Shown in pieces: positions 17,531 through 28,514 of a stretch of DNA of 64,000 nt. The notes under the pieces are model-generated. The model saw only the letters and a list, made by a program, of their open reading frames with translations, ran no database searches and had not been told where the DNA came from. The stretch lies in the IMG/VR virus record IMGVR_UViG_3300005438_000120, positions 1-64,000 of that record. The stretch is one strand, 5' to 3'. Each line of letters begins with the position of its first letter. Positions within the stretch are counted from its first letter, which is position 1. This DNA comes from a virus (lineage: Duplodnaviria > Caudoviricetes). The position numbers were made by a program, and so were the translations under genes.

Positions 17531-17994
17531 GATCTCGCCTTCGCCGCATCACGCGCGATTACGCGCTCCGCCCAATAGTCGATGACTTGCCCCGCTGATT
17601 TCCACCCGAGAGTTGCCGCCATCTTCGCGGCACGGTCAGCGGGCGGGACGTACTCAAAGTTGCGGAGCAGGCCGATAGACGCGGTTGAGGAGTAGCCCCA
17701 TTCCTTCGCGAGACGGATCAACGTGAACCCACGTACGATGAGATAAGCGATCGGATTTTTGACAGTCCGGGGCACTCGAATTGACGTTGGCGGAAGATTT
17801 CCCTGCCCGACGTGATGCGCGCTGTGGCATTGTCTGCACAACCAGCGGATATCTATCCTCCGAGAGTAGTCATCATGGTGCATTTCGGCTTTTGGGTTGC
17901 CGCACGTCTCGCATGCGCTTCTGGTGATCCGCCCCCCTTTGGTTAGTGCGCGCCATGCCGCGCTTCGCGCTAGACGTTTTTCTCTTTCCGTCAT
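17527..17994 (-). CDS. HNH-like Zn-finger fused to an XRE/Cro-like HTH
   Basis: CETCG..AEMHHDDYS..IRWLCRQCH. C-terminal NPIAYLIVRGFTLIRLAKEWG..KMAATLGW. Confidence 0.7.
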   Translation of the reverse strand: MTEREKRLARSAAWRALTKGGRITRSACETCGNPKAEMHHDDYSRRIDIRWLCRQCHSAHHVGQGNLPPTSIRVPRTVKNPIAYLIVRGFTLIRLAKEWGYSSTASIGLLRNFEYVPPADRAAKMAATLGWKSAGQVIDYWAERVIARDAAKARS

Positions 17995-18239
17995 GCCGCG
18001 TCCTTTCTCCGCTTCGCTACGCGGCGCGTCCAGAAATCCATGACCGCCGCGCTTGACCATCCGAACGTGAGAGCCATTCGCCGCGCCACTAACCATCCCG
18101 GCACATTCTCGAATCTCTTCAGCATGTAGACGTACGCCTGAGTGCATCGCCAGTCTTCGGCCATCTTCGCCGCCGAGTAGCCGCGCTTGATTTTCCACTG
18201 AATTGGATCAGGAGATTTAGCCGGTACGGTTTCGCTCAT
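17991..18239 (-). CDS. Cro-like HTH regulator
   Basis: DPIQWKIKRGYSAAKMAEDW..YVYMLKRF..; first gene of a divergent promoter; paralog of 36821-37105. Confidence 0.7.
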   Translation of the reverse strand: MSETVPAKSPDPIQWKIKRGYSAAKMAEDWRCTQAYVYMLKRFENVPGWLVARRMALTFGWSSAAVMDFWTRRVAKRRKDAA

Positions 18240-18247
18240 CGGATAAG

Positions 18248-18342
18248 AAGGTAATGCTTAGCTTTCCAAAAGTCAAGTAATCCTTTCTGAAGTGATCCTT
18301 TCAAAAGGAATGCTTGCGTTTCGATTCGAACGGATGTACCTT
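18248..18342. promoter_or_regulatory. Divergent promoter pair with a palindromic operator candidate
   Basis: Minus strand TTGACT(18276)-17-TACCTT. Plus strand TTGCGT(18314)-17-TACCTT. Palindrome TTCGA-T-TCGAA at 18320-18330. Confidence 0.6.
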
Positions 18343-18582
18343 AGCTCGCATGCAACCGCAATCAAGCGCGATCACCAAGCGCGGCGATCTCCCGAAGGTC
18401 TGCGAAGGTATCGGCGGAGTATGGTTCTATCATCTCGCCGATAGCCTCGTGTACAACACGAAGGCAATTTGCGGAGCGGACGCAATGAGTACCGCCGTTC
18501 CCGTTGAAGCGTGGGGGTTCGTTGGGCATCTGCGCGAGCGGTATTGCACGAAGTGTGAAGTAGATTGGAACGGGAGAATCGA

Positions 18583-19803
18583 ATGACCTCACGCCGCATC
18601 ATCAAGTTCGCCGTCTACGCCTCGCTGTTCATCGCCGCGCTGCTGATTCTGTTCTTCGTCATCGCTCCGTTACCGGCCCATGCGCAGAACCTCCGCATCG
18701 ACGACGAGGTTTACGTCCCCGCTGCCGCGCATGCCGTGACTCCTTGGTTTACGTCGTTGACGGATATTTGGATCACGAATGAGACGGGTGATCCGGTCAA
18801 AGTCACGGCGACATACAGACCGATGAACGCCCCGCCGATCCCGACCGCGCAATCATTCACGCTGGCTCCGCACGAACGACGCGAGATTTGTGACTTCCTC
18901 GGTCCGGCGCGGACGCCCACCGCAACGGATCAATGCAAGGCGATCGGTCTGATGGGCATCGACGGGTTCGGATACGTGATCTTTGACGGATGCCTCGATG
19001 GTGTTGACTGCGCAGGCCACACCGGCCAGCCGTCACCAGCGACGGCCAACTACCGCGCGATCAGCGTGGAGAGCCGCACTTACACAACGTCGGTCGCGGG
19101 TGGTCCGTTAGGTCCATCAGTCGGACAGGATATCCCCGGAATCCCGTGGTGGAGTTTCGGTGATCCGTTGAACCCGGCGGAAATCACGGGTATCAGAGCA
19201 AGCGACGTCTTTCACACGAATCTCGTGATCATCAACGCAAGCCCGTACTCCTCGGCGACATACACGCTCTCGCTCTACGACGGCGGTTCGGTAGGGTTGC
19301 GAGATCAGGCGCAGATCACCCTTCAGCCGCTCGAAGCGCGCAATGCTGGCGTTACCGCTCTGTTCCAGAAACTCGCCGAGTGGTTGAAGGCTAACCCTAC
19401 CCGTTCAGCCACAAACGCATTCGTGAAGATCACGCAGAGCGGCGTTGTCCTGACCCCTGACGCCGTCGCGGTTGGCTGTCCTGATGGATGCCCCGGATTC
19501 TTCGCCATCGGATCGCTCATCGACGGACGTACTGGTGATGCCACGACTCTGGAAGCGACACTCACCCGCCCTCTCACAAGCGCGCAGATCGTGAGCTTGT
19601 TCGGTCCCGCGAGCGCGCAGGTCGCAACGCCGAAGATGCCGCCGCCTGGTGCGCTAAGCGAACGCGCCCAAGCAACAGCGCTCGCAAACATGACGATAGG
19701 CGTTATGCACGGGCTGGCGGTGAAGGCGGCGACAGCGAGCGCGCAGAGTGCGACGGTGAAGGCGTCCGCGGTGCCGCTGCACAAGCGGATGGAAAAAGAA
19801 TGA
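18583..19803 (+). CDS. Secreted protein, host-like
   Basis: Signal peptide ending AHA|Q. VYVPAAAH..TDIWITN, ..FHTNLVIIN.., GSLIDGRTGDAT. Confidence 0.7.
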   Translation: MTSRRIIKFAVYASLFIAALLILFFVIAPLPAHAQNLRIDDEVYVPAAAHAVTPWFTSLTDIWITNETGDPVKVTATYRPMNAPPIPTAQSFTLAPHERREICDFLGPARTPTATDQCKAIGLMGIDGFGYVIFDGCLDGVDCAGHTGQPSPATANYRAISVESRTYTTSVAGGPLGPSVGQDIPGIPWWSFGDPLNPAEITGIRASDVFHTNLVIINASPYSSATYTLSLYDGGSVGLRDQAQITLQPLEARNAGVTALFQKLAEWLKANPTRSATNAFVKITQSGVVLTPDAVAVGCPDGCPGFFAIGSLIDGRTGDATTLEATLTRPLTSAQIVSLFGPASAQVATPKMPPPGALSERAQATALANMTIGVMHGLAVKAATASAQSATVKASAVPLHKRMEKE

Positions 19804-20717
19804 CGGCTCGTATCGACTGGAGCGCAGTGCCGCTCGGCGTCAAGCTCGATCGAGAGATTGCGGCAATGCTCGGATGTAGCACGGCTGGAGTGAAATGCGC
19901 CCGTGTCGCTCGTGGCATTCCAGCGCCGGAGGGCAATAGCGCGAAGGGCAGGCCGCGAGTGCGCTCGGCCACGCTTCGCCACGCTACGTGCAAGGGCTGC
20001 GGCGCGAAGTTCGAATACCAGCACATGACTGGCGACCCACGCCGCGTAGCCTGTACGGTTTCCTGCACGCGAAAAATGGGACGAGAATCACGACGCAAGG
20101 TCCCAGAGGATTTTCGACTCCTCTATGCGATGTATTGGGATCGCGGCATGACCACGATCGAAATCGGCGAACACTTCAATACGGATCACGCTGTCGTCAG
20201 GAAGCGCATGGTAGACCTCGGGATTCCGCGTCGCAAGATGGGGCCGAGGAAGCAGGTCGCATGCATGATCGCTGGTTGTGATGAGCCGCCGTACAAGATC
20301 ACCCATCCCGGCAACGGAGCGAGCTACGGGCGCCGCTGCCTCCTTCATTGGGTCGCCCACCGGCATCATCTCGCGTCCGAATATTGGTTCCGCGTCGTCA
20401 GGTACAAAAAGCGCAACATGCCAGCAGAGGAAGACTTAGCGATCGTCATTGACCGCGCCGTGCCAGCCGGACTCCCGCCAGACATTCGTGAAGAAGTCAC
20501 GCAAGAAATGGCACTCAAAATTCTAATGAGCGAAGTCGCCGTCAAGGATTTAGCCGACGCCGTCAGCGTCAGCATCAAACACTTCTTTCGCGAGTATCAG
20601 GACAAGTTCCGCACCGTCTCTCTCGATGCTCCGATCGGTGGCGACGGGAACCTGACATTACGGGATCTCGTCGGCGAGGACGGCAGGATAGTCAAGCGCT
20701 CGGTCTTAGCCGAATGA
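19800..20717 (+). CDS. Multi-module DNA-binding protein with a sigma70 region-3.2-like C-terminus
   Basis: Two HTH-like units, Cys clusters and TVSLDAPIGGDGNLTLRDLV. Confidence 0.55.
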   Translation: MTARIDWSAVPLGVKLDREIAAMLGCSTAGVKCARVARGIPAPEGNSAKGRPRVRSATLRHATCKGCGAKFEYQHMTGDPRRVACTVSCTRKMGRESRRKVPEDFRLLYAMYWDRGMTTIEIGEHFNTDHAVVRKRMVDLGIPRRKMGPRKQVACMIAGCDEPPYKITHPGNGASYGRRCLLHWVAHRHHLASEYWFRVVRYKKRNMPAEEDLAIVIDRAVPAGLPPDIREEVTQEMALKILMSEVAVKDLADAVSVSIKHFFREYQDKFRTVSLDAPIGGDGNLTLRDLVGEDGRIVKRSVLAE

Positions 20718-20736
20718 CTCAAATAGAGGAAACAAC

Positions 20737-23070
20737 ATGAACTCAATTCGCTTCAGATCATTTCTGCTCTGCGCTGTGCTGCTTCTCGCCGCCGCTGGCG
20801 CCTTTGCCCAGAACTATCCCTTCCCCGCATCGACGCCGAACACCGACGTGAAGTGTTCGGGATGTCCGGGCCGCGAGACGTTGCTGACGATCGGATACCC
20901 ACCGGTGCTTCGGTTCGTCGGACGTTGGTGTGATGCCGAAAGCGCGAGGGACTACCAGCAGAACTTCAGGACGGCACGTCCGAAGCTGGCTCGCGTCGCG
21001 TCTGACCGAAACCGCATCTATACGATCCTCGGCAGCGCGTTGGCCGTGTACGACACTGATAGGTTTTTCTCGCGACTCAACGCCAGGCCGCAAGAGACCA
21101 TGGCGCCGGCGACACAGGTTCCCGTCAATGGTGGCAACCAACGATTCCCGCAGTTCGGTCCGCCCGAAGTCTTTCTTTGGTGGGACACGTTCTTCTACGC
21201 CGAGAATGGAGGTGGGTGGGTCACTCCGTTTCAGGATGGGCAGGAACGGCTCTGGGATTTCGATTGGGATGATCGCGGCAACGTCTACCTTGCCTACTCT
21301 GCGTTCGGGTGGGGAATCGTAAAGGACAGCGGCGAAATGGCCGGAGCGCTCCGCAGCGTTTCTCAAACGCTCGGCCCGAATCCAGACCACATCCTGTCCC
21401 TCAAAACGAGCGACGGGAAATACTACGCGGCTATCAGCGACAGGACTCAGCCATCGTTGTTGCAAATCTGGGCTGTTCAAGATCCAAGCGCACCGGTCAA
21501 GCAGCCCGACATCACCGGGCGTTCTTTCTACCTCTGGGCCAAGGATTCGGCCGGCTCGCGCGTGGGAATCGTCGAGTACAGCGGCGGACTGTCAATCTTC
21601 ACGACGGATGCGTTCGTCCGTACCGGCACGCCGATCGTCCACTTCGAAGCTGGAGGCGGCGGCACATTCCGAATGATCGCCGATGATGGCACGAACTTCT
21701 ACGCCTACGGTGCGTCCGGCTCGGGTCCGTTCATCGACGTGATCACACCCTCGGGAAACACGTACGTGGAGAAGCGTTATCAGTCAAATGGCTACGGTCT
21801 TCCGACAGGCATGCACTACGGAGACGGCTACCTCGCGCTTTACGGGAACGAACTTGGCGCTGACCCCTCACACCCTACCAGCGCGGGCACATGGAACATC
21901 CGCGTTTACAAAGTTGGACCGGGGAGCCTGACCGAGATTCCGTTCGAGATGCCGGTGCCGGGCAAGCCCGGAGTCAAGCTGCCGTTCTGGTCGATGTACT
22001 ACGGCGCGAACTCCCCGCAGGGCTACACGCATCCACAGATCAGCAACATCTTGGACGTCACGCCGGTCAAGAACGGTCCCAAGTCCTATCTCATCGTTTC
22101 GGCCTACGGTCTCGGTGACGTGTGGGAACTCAATCCGGGCGACTCTCCGCCGCCGACCCCAGCCGCTCCCGATCCAGTGATCGTGAAAACCGGTTGCCTT
22201 ACTGTCGGCAGCCCTTGCTCCTTTACCGTCACATCTACGAAGAACCCTACGCTGTCTGGATGGTCGTTCGCGTGGACCGTCAATCCGAGCGTGGCCAACT
22301 CCGGCACCGCCGCCTCCGAGTTCAGGCCGCAGTTCACGGCCACGGCGGATTTCGCCGTCAGCGTCGTCGCCACTAACAACATCGGCAGCAAAACAGCCAG
22401 CCTCGCAGGACACATTGACAATCCGCCGAAGTGTACGAGTGCTCCCGACGATCTGAACACTGCCATCGGACCCTTCACCAACTCTCCGCCTGCCCTTGGC
22501 GAGCCGGTGCCGTTCATGATCTTCGCGCGCGGCTGGACTCCCTCAGTTGAATGCGACAAGTTCGAGTGGTCGTTCGGCGACGGCGGCACATCGGCCGAGA
22601 TGTTCCCGACGCATACGTTCACCGCACCCGGCAAATATACCGTCAGGCTGAAGCTGACTGGCGCGCTATCGATCGGCAACTACACCGCCATCGTCACGAT
22701 CGCGGGCAACGTCGGCTGCGGAACGATGACGACGGACAATGTGTTCGTCCTATTCAACGGCGACGGCTGTAGCGCGTTCGGCGGCAACTGCTCAGGCAAG
22801 GCCGACGTCGCGTTTTCTGTCGGTGCCGTAGGCTATGACCTCACGTGTGGCCCGCCTACCTTCGCGTGGGACTTCGGCGATGGCATTCGCTCTACTGACG
22901 CGAAGCCATCGCACAGATACGCATCCAACGGCAGCTACACAGTGAAGGTGCGCGTCACGGTCGGCGCGGCAGCAATCGACCTCACGACAGCACATCCGGT
23001 GACTGTGGTTGATGCTACGCCGCTGCCTCCGCCGGTGCCTGCTGTCAACCGGCGCAAGCGGGGGAATTGA
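20737..23070 (+). CDS. Secreted PKD-domain protein
   Basis: Signal peptide AFA|Q. FEWSFGDGGTS..PTHTFTAPGKYTVRL and FAWDFGDG..PSHRYASNGSYTVKV. Ends in a Pro-rich linker plus RRKRGN. Confidence 0.8.
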   Translation: MNSIRFRSFLLCAVLLLAAAGAFAQNYPFPASTPNTDVKCSGCPGRETLLTIGYPPVLRFVGRWCDAESARDYQQNFRTARPKLARVASDRNRIYTILGSALAVYDTDRFFSRLNARPQETMAPATQVPVNGGNQRFPQFGPPEVFLWWDTFFYAENGGGWVTPFQDGQERLWDFDWDDRGNVYLAYSAFGWGIVKDSGEMAGALRSVSQTLGPNPDHILSLKTSDGKYYAAISDRTQPSLLQIWAVQDPSAPVKQPDITGRSFYLWAKDSAGSRVGIVEYSGGLSIFTTDAFVRTGTPIVHFEAGGGGTFRMIADDGTNFYAYGASGSGPFIDVITPSGNTYVEKRYQSNGYGLPTGMHYGDGYLALYGNELGADPSHPTSAGTWNIRVYKVGPGSLTEIPFEMPVPGKPGVKLPFWSMYYGANSPQGYTHPQISNILDVTPVKNGPKSYLIVSAYGLGDVWELNPGDSPPPTPAAPDPVIVKTGCLTVGSPCSFTVTSTKNPTLSGWSFAWTVNPSVANSGTAASEFRPQFTATADFAVSVVATNNIGSKTASLAGHIDNPPKCTSAPDDLNTAIGPFTNSPPALGEPVPFMIFARGWTPSVECDKFEWSFGDGGTSAEMFPTHTFTAPGKYTVRLKLTGALSIGNYTAIVTIAGNVGCGTMTTDNVFVLFNGDGCSAFGGNCSGKADVAFSVGAVGYDLTCGPPTFAWDFGDGIRSTDAKPSHRYASNGSYTVKVRVTVGAAAIDLTTAHPVTVVDATPLPPPVPAVNRRKRGN

Positions 23071-24046
23071 AGAATGGTCAAACTACAGTGAGTCGATCAG
23101 CGTATTGCCGCACCGAATGCCGAGTCTGCGGTCAGGAAGTATCGACTGCTGGATTCGCGCAGTTCAATCACAAGATGAAGCACGTCCGTGAAGGAAAGCT
23201 GCGGCGGAGACGCGCCGACTATTGCGAGAATCCGTACCTGCCTGCCGGTTGGATATTCGAACGGGTAGAAGCCGCGTCGCATCGCGGATCGGAGAAGGGA
23301 TGAGCGACGAACGGGACGCCGAGCGATTGGAGCGCTACGTCCATTCGGCGTTCCTGCGCTCAGGACGCACGGCATGGCCGGATATTCGGATGGCCTGCAA
23401 GGCGTTGGGCTGGACGATGGTCCGCATCGAAGCGGCGATTGAGGACTCCGAATTGCTGGACACGCAGGAGTATTACTGCGCTCCGCCAGAACCGCGCCGC
23501 GACCACGAAATCTACTCAACAAAGGACGAACTGTATGTCTGACCGACCTGCGTGCCTAGCCACAAAGAATGTTCACGGATTCCCACTTCCGGGCGGCGAA
23601 TGCAGGGGCGTCAATCATCACGACGGCTGCCACGGACATATCGACACTTCGCACACCCGGTGCCACGCCCACGTGCCCGTATCCCTGCTCGATCAAATCC
23701 ACGCCGCCCGATCGCAGGCTGAAGCGAACGGTCAACCTGAATTCGCGCGATGGCTCACTGAGCATGCTGACGAGGCGTGTCCGGCGGCGATTGCACAGGC
23801 GATGCGATCGGAGGAAGTGAATGAGGCCATCGATCTGGTCGAAAAGATTGCGGCCTTGAATAATCCTTATGTCGGAGTCGATGCGCGGAAGGTCATGCCG
23901 CTAATTGCCGCCCTCGCCGATGCCGAAGAGCGCGCGAAGGAGCGAGACGACGGGTTGCATGATGCGACGAACGCGAACGCCACCCTAACCCGCCAACTCG
24001 AAACGGCCCACCAAACGATCGCAAGCCTGAAACAGGAGCGCGGCGA

Positions 24047-24709
24047 ATGATAAGCGACTATGACCGCTTCATGCTGAAAGTCGAGAAGATTCCGTTTGTG
24101 GATTGCTGGCTGTGGGTAGGCGCATACAAATCGACTGCCGACGACAGCGGCGCCGGATACGGATCATTTTCAGTTAACGGAAAGTCTGTTCCGGCTCATC
24201 GTTGGATGTACGAGTTTATCAACGGACCTCTTCCTGCCGGGTATGAGCCGGACCACCTGTGCCGAGTTCACGCTTGCGTGAGGCCGGATCACCTCGAAGG
24301 CGTCACCGGCCGCGTTAACACGCTTCGTGGAGTTGGCCCCACGGCGATCAACGCCAAGAAGACACACTGCTGCAAGGGCCACCGATTCACAACTGAAAAC
24401 ACGTACTTCTCGCCAACAGGCAGCCGTGTTTGCCGGGCATGCAAACGCATCGAATGGGGATTGCGGCAAGTCGCCAAGGGCGCGCGCACTAGCATCGGAT
24501 CGGGAAACCGCGAGCTTGCCGGGACGTTTGCGAGATCGCCACACCCTGACTCGCTCTATCACTCAGTTCTGACTACTGGCGCATCGAGTTGCGGGGTGAG
24601 GACTCTATGCGCGGACGAGATTGAGGCTGGCCATCTCTCCGTGGATCAGGTGTGTAAGCGCCCTGCGTGCTTCGATGCGTTGGCCGTACTTACAGGAGGT
24701 GTGCGATGA
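24047..24709 (+). CDS. HNH endonuclease (HNH_3 type)
   Basis: CWLWVG..GYGSF..AHRWMY..DHLCRVHACVRPDHLEGVT..KTHCCKGH. Confidence 0.85.
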   Translation: MISDYDRFMLKVEKIPFVDCWLWVGAYKSTADDSGAGYGSFSVNGKSVPAHRWMYEFINGPLPAGYEPDHLCRVHACVRPDHLEGVTGRVNTLRGVGPTAINAKKTHCCKGHRFTTENTYFSPTGSRVCRACKRIEWGLRQVAKGARTSIGSGNRELAGTFARSPHPDSLYHSVLTTGASSCGVRTLCADEIEAGHLSVDQVCKRPACFDALAVLTGGVR

Positions 24710-25119
24710 AGGAAAAGGACGCCCTCGCCGCGATCGACGCACCGGCAGCGGAGGACCACACAATCGCGCCGCGCGTCATCGACGGGAAGTTCCATGCAGA
24801 AGTCCGCGACAGCCGTGTTGTGATCGTCAAAACATCAAGTGGCGAAATCGTGCCAGAGGATGAGCCGCTGTGGCTGACGCGCGGTCGTGATCGCTTAATG
24901 CTGCCGACGCAAGAACACTACAAGAAGCTCTGCATTGCTGACGGCTGCAATGACTTTCAACTCGGGCTGCTCGATAAAGTCATTGAGAAGTTCGCGGCGT
25001 ACGCATCCGATCCATCGCGGATGAAGCAGCCGGGAATCACTCGGGGCGCGGCATGGAATCCTCTCGAACCGGCGAGCGCGCCTCATGAATTCTTCGGTGA
25101 TGTACAGAGGAAACCATGA
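24706..25119 (+). CDS. Hypothetical phage protein
   Basis: GGAGG RBS; PEDEPLWLTRGRD motif. Confidence 0.55.
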   Translation: MKEKDALAAIDAPAAEDHTIAPRVIDGKFHAEVRDSRVVIVKTSSGEIVPEDEPLWLTRGRDRLMLPTQEHYKKLCIADGCNDFQLGLLDKVIEKFAAYASDPSRMKQPGITRGAAWNPLEPASAPHEFFGDVQRKP

Positions 25120-25596
25120 ATCAGGTCACCCAACCCCTCTCCGAAGCCGAGATTGCAATGTGGGCCGCGACGATCGAAACGCACGCTCTGGCGTGGGCTG
25201 GCACCGATGAAGAGCGGCAATCTGCGATCAACTTCTCGAAGCGGGTGTTAGCCACGATCGCCTACCTCCGCACCGTCGCGGAGGTAGCGGAGCGAGTGAC
25301 GAGTGCGCCGACAGAATTGGCGCGGCAGAATTCGATTGTCGAACTCCGCGCGACGATCGCGAAGTGGCGAGGTGGAAAGTGAAGACGAAAACGACCGCAA
25401 ATACGTTCCTGAACCCATCCCCGGCTCTCTGCGCGAAACTCGGCAGCATCGCTGTGCACGCCGCAGAGATCCTAAGCTCCAATGGACACCATTTCGACCG
25501 GCTTGCACTGGAGACGGTTATGCGCGATCCAGAGGTGGCCGAATGGCTTGCGCAGGGTCGCAAACTGGCGATGATTCCCGAGATGCGGAGGCGGAC

Positions 25597-26766
25597 GTGA
25601 TCTTCGGCGCCTGCTTCACTACATCCGACGAGCATCCAACTCTCGCCGAGCTGCAAGCCGAGCGGGCCATCGGCATCACGCATTGGCGCGTATCTGTTGC
25701 CCTCGCGAAACTCTGCGCCGCCGGTCCTGATCCGCTGACGTGGGCATGGGGGCCGCTCGATGCGCTCGACCGGAATCTGCGCGCCGCCGGTATCAAGCCT
25801 TATTACGACGCTTGTGGCGCTCCCGTGTGGGCCAGCGAAGGCCAGCCTGCGTACATCGGCCTCGTCGAAGTGTGGCCCCTTGGTGCACCCGACAGGCCAG
25901 AGTCGTACGGAGGCGTCGCTTGGTGGAACGAACGGAACGGGGCGCGAGACGGAACGATTCACTTTTTCGATCAGAACGCAGCCACGAATCCGCAATGGGC
26001 GGCGATCGATCAGAAGATGCCGCCGCGCCAGTACTTGGAACCGGGGAAGGTGCCGCACATCAGCGCGGACTTCATGTTCACGGTTGGGCGGCAACTCGCG
26101 AAGCGCTACGGGCCGGGACTGTACGGAGCGTGGAACGAGCCGGGTGATGCGTTTTCATTCCCGCCGATCCGCTACGATGATTCGAACTTCGGAGGCATGG
26201 GGGACGTGATCCGCGATCGGTTCATGCCGGAGATCGTCGTGCCGTTTTCGGCCGGCGTCACGTCTGTTCTCGGCACTGATTGGACGCACGTCGGCAACGA
26301 AGCTGATGGTGATGGAGTGCTCAATAGCTGTCTTGAGGTTGACAGCAAGACGGCGCGACTCTCTCTCGGGAAAGCGCGCTTCCCGTATCGTCGCTACGAC
26401 ATCATCGACTACCACACCTACGGTGCATTCAATCCGACCGACATGCATTACGCAACGATGGAAGCGTTCAAGGCCGTGACGAAAGAGCGTGGCAATGGGC
26501 GCCCGGAATGGATCGGCGAGATCAATGCGCCGAACGCAGACCTGCTCGAATTCACCAAGGAGCGGATTGCGAAGCGCGACGTCGAGGCGATCTTCTTTCT
26601 CCGCCCAGGCATGTTCTTCGAAGACGCACGGGATGCGATTCCGCACAGCCCGATCGTGAGCGCCGATGGACGCGCCTTCAAAGCGGCAATCGCGAACGTC
26701 AACGGGCCGGTCGATCCGCCGAAGAAGGCGCTGCCGGTACGGAAGAGAGCGGCGCGATCGAAATGA
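25597..26766 (+). CDS. Clan GH-A (GH5/GH39-like) glycoside hydrolase
   Basis: GGAGG RBS plus GTG. WNEP acid/base motif, DIIDYHTY and PEWIGEIN nucleophile motif. Basic tail PVRKRAARSK. Confidence 0.65.
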   Translation: MIFGACFTTSDEHPTLAELQAERAIGITHWRVSVALAKLCAAGPDPLTWAWGPLDALDRNLRAAGIKPYYDACGAPVWASEGQPAYIGLVEVWPLGAPDRPESYGGVAWWNERNGARDGTIHFFDQNAATNPQWAAIDQKMPPRQYLEPGKVPHISADFMFTVGRQLAKRYGPGLYGAWNEPGDAFSFPPIRYDDSNFGGMGDVIRDRFMPEIVVPFSAGVTSVLGTDWTHVGNEADGDGVLNSCLEVDSKTARLSLGKARFPYRRYDIIDYHTYGAFNPTDMHYATMEAFKAVTKERGNGRPEWIGEINAPNADLLEFTKERIAKRDVEAIFFLRPGMFFEDARDAIPHSPIVSADGRAFKAAIANVNGPVDPPKKALPVRKRAARSK

Positions 26767-26815
26767 CCGCACGTCGCTGCAAATGGTGATAGGATGCGGC
26801 GCATAAGGAGAACTG

Positions 26816-27220
26816 ATGAATAAAGCCGATGAGGTTCACCGCATTTTCACGGACTGCCTGTTCCGCGATGAAGAATTGGTAGGTGGAAAACCAAACGTTG
26901 CACCAGTCGTGGCGCCGGGACTCATTCATCCGGTTGGATTCCACCCGGACCGCGTGGCTGCGCACCGCAACGATATCGCTGAATTGTTGGAAGGGTTCAG
27001 CAACGAATTCTATGCTGATGGCGGCGGCGGGATGTCATTCCTGAATTTCTGCCTGCTCGCCGACGGAACGCATTGGGCGGAACACATCACGATGGAGCAG
27101 CTTTGTCAGCTCGGCGAGGCCATTGGCATGGTGTCGTATCCAATGCCGCGCGAGTTTTGGGACGCACTTCCGGGCGGTATGCCGTACATCGTGATCGACC
27201 GGAGCAAGAAAGCCGCATGA
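26816..27220 (+). CDS. Hypothetical phage protein
   Basis: AAGGAG RBS; GGGMSFLNFC..LPGGMPY. Confidence 0.6.
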   Translation: MNKADEVHRIFTDCLFRDEELVGGKPNVAPVVAPGLIHPVGFHPDRVAAHRNDIAELLEGFSNEFYADGGGGMSFLNFCLLADGTHWAEHITMEQLCQLGEAIGMVSYPMPREFWDALPGGMPYIVIDRSKKAA

Positions 27221-27543
27221 CCACCGTCACCGTCTCCTTCCGCATCCCCGCCTCCGTTCACGCCGCCCTCAAACGGGAGGCGGAGCGGCAGGATCGGTCG
27301 CTCAACAAGATCGTCGTGATGGCGCTCAGCGAAGTGCGGACCTTCATCACCGAAGAACAGATCGACGCTATCAGCGAAGCCGAATCGCTAGTGCAGCGGC
27401 TCGCGGCCAGCTACGACGTTTACGGCGGCATCGACCTGAAGGCATTGCTGCAAACTCTCGGTAAGATCACCGGTACGATCGAAGAGGACAAACCCACGCC
27501 GACGAAGAAGCCCGTCGCGAGACGAAAGGCAGCCCGTCGATGA
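27217..27543 (+). CDS. Arc/HicB-like ribbon-helix-helix protein
   Basis: VSFRIPASVHAALKREAERQDRSLNKIV. Confidence 0.75.
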   Translation: MTTVTVSFRIPASVHAALKREAERQDRSLNKIVVMALSEVRTFITEEQIDAISEAESLVQRLAASYDVYGGIDLKALLQTLGKITGTIEEDKPTPTKKPVARRKAARR

Positions 27544-28122
27544 GCGAACGCGGACTGCGGCAGATTGTCGAGGAGAGCGCGGAGTGCCCGCTGTGCAGCG
27601 CTTGTCCTGGTGAGCCGTGCTCGGATGTTTATGACATGGTTGTTGACCCTCACGACGAACGTATACGAGCTGCCGGATTCGATCCTAATATGGCACAAAA
27701 TGTCGTCGATCTGATGGGCGTCCTAAGGGCCAGCCTCAAACCCGTTGCGCGGCGAGGAAGGGGGCGTAACAGATGAGCGCCGAGGATCGCATGAAGGAAC
27801 GTGCGAAGCGTATAGAGAAGTTCGAGCGATTTCTCCGCACATGCCCCAACTGTGGATTTGAAAGTGGCGGCGGTCATTACGTATCGCCGTCGTTCGGGGA
27901 GTCCGGCTTTTACACCTGCCAAAAGAAAGAACAGAACGGGGCCGCAAAACAATGACCCGCCACACCCTCGGTTTCATCGTCTTCCTGCTCGCGCTCCTGA
28001 CCTGCGCCTCGTCGGAGCTGTCCGGTCATCCGCTGCCGGTCATTCCGGCGAGTGTGGCGTGTGGGCTGTGTGCGATTATGGGACGGAAGGAGGCTTCGAT
28101 GGTTGAGCGCGGTTGAAATCTG

Positions 28123-28189
28123 AGTGCTCGGCTGCAACAGCCCGTCGTGATGACGTGCCGGTTGATGCCGAAGATTGCAGCCGAGCACT
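28123..28189. repeat. Perfect 15-bp inverted repeat enclosing two small hairpins
   Basis: AGTGCTCGGCTGCAA (28123-28137) and TTGCAGCCGAGCACT (28175-28189). Confidence 0.75.
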
Positions 28190-28514
28190 GAGAAGTTGAC
28201 CGCGAAAAGGAGAAAGCGATGAACCGACAACGCCCAACGATCGCCGAACTCGAAGAGATGTTGTCGAAGGATTACGATGTTGAAGTCCTTCCTGACGGCA
28301 GCATAATTGCCACCAACGAGCGGAAGCTTCAGCAGGGCGAACTGCTCACGTTCCGAACGAACATTCCTGACAGCTACTGAAAGGAGCCTCACATGAAACG
28401 TTTTGATCCATCTACGGAACCGCATTGCATCCACTGTGGCACCCCGAAACTGATGCGCAAACAGTGGCACTGCGCTAACCTCAAGCAGCACGTATTTCCG
28501 AAGGAGAAGAAAGC

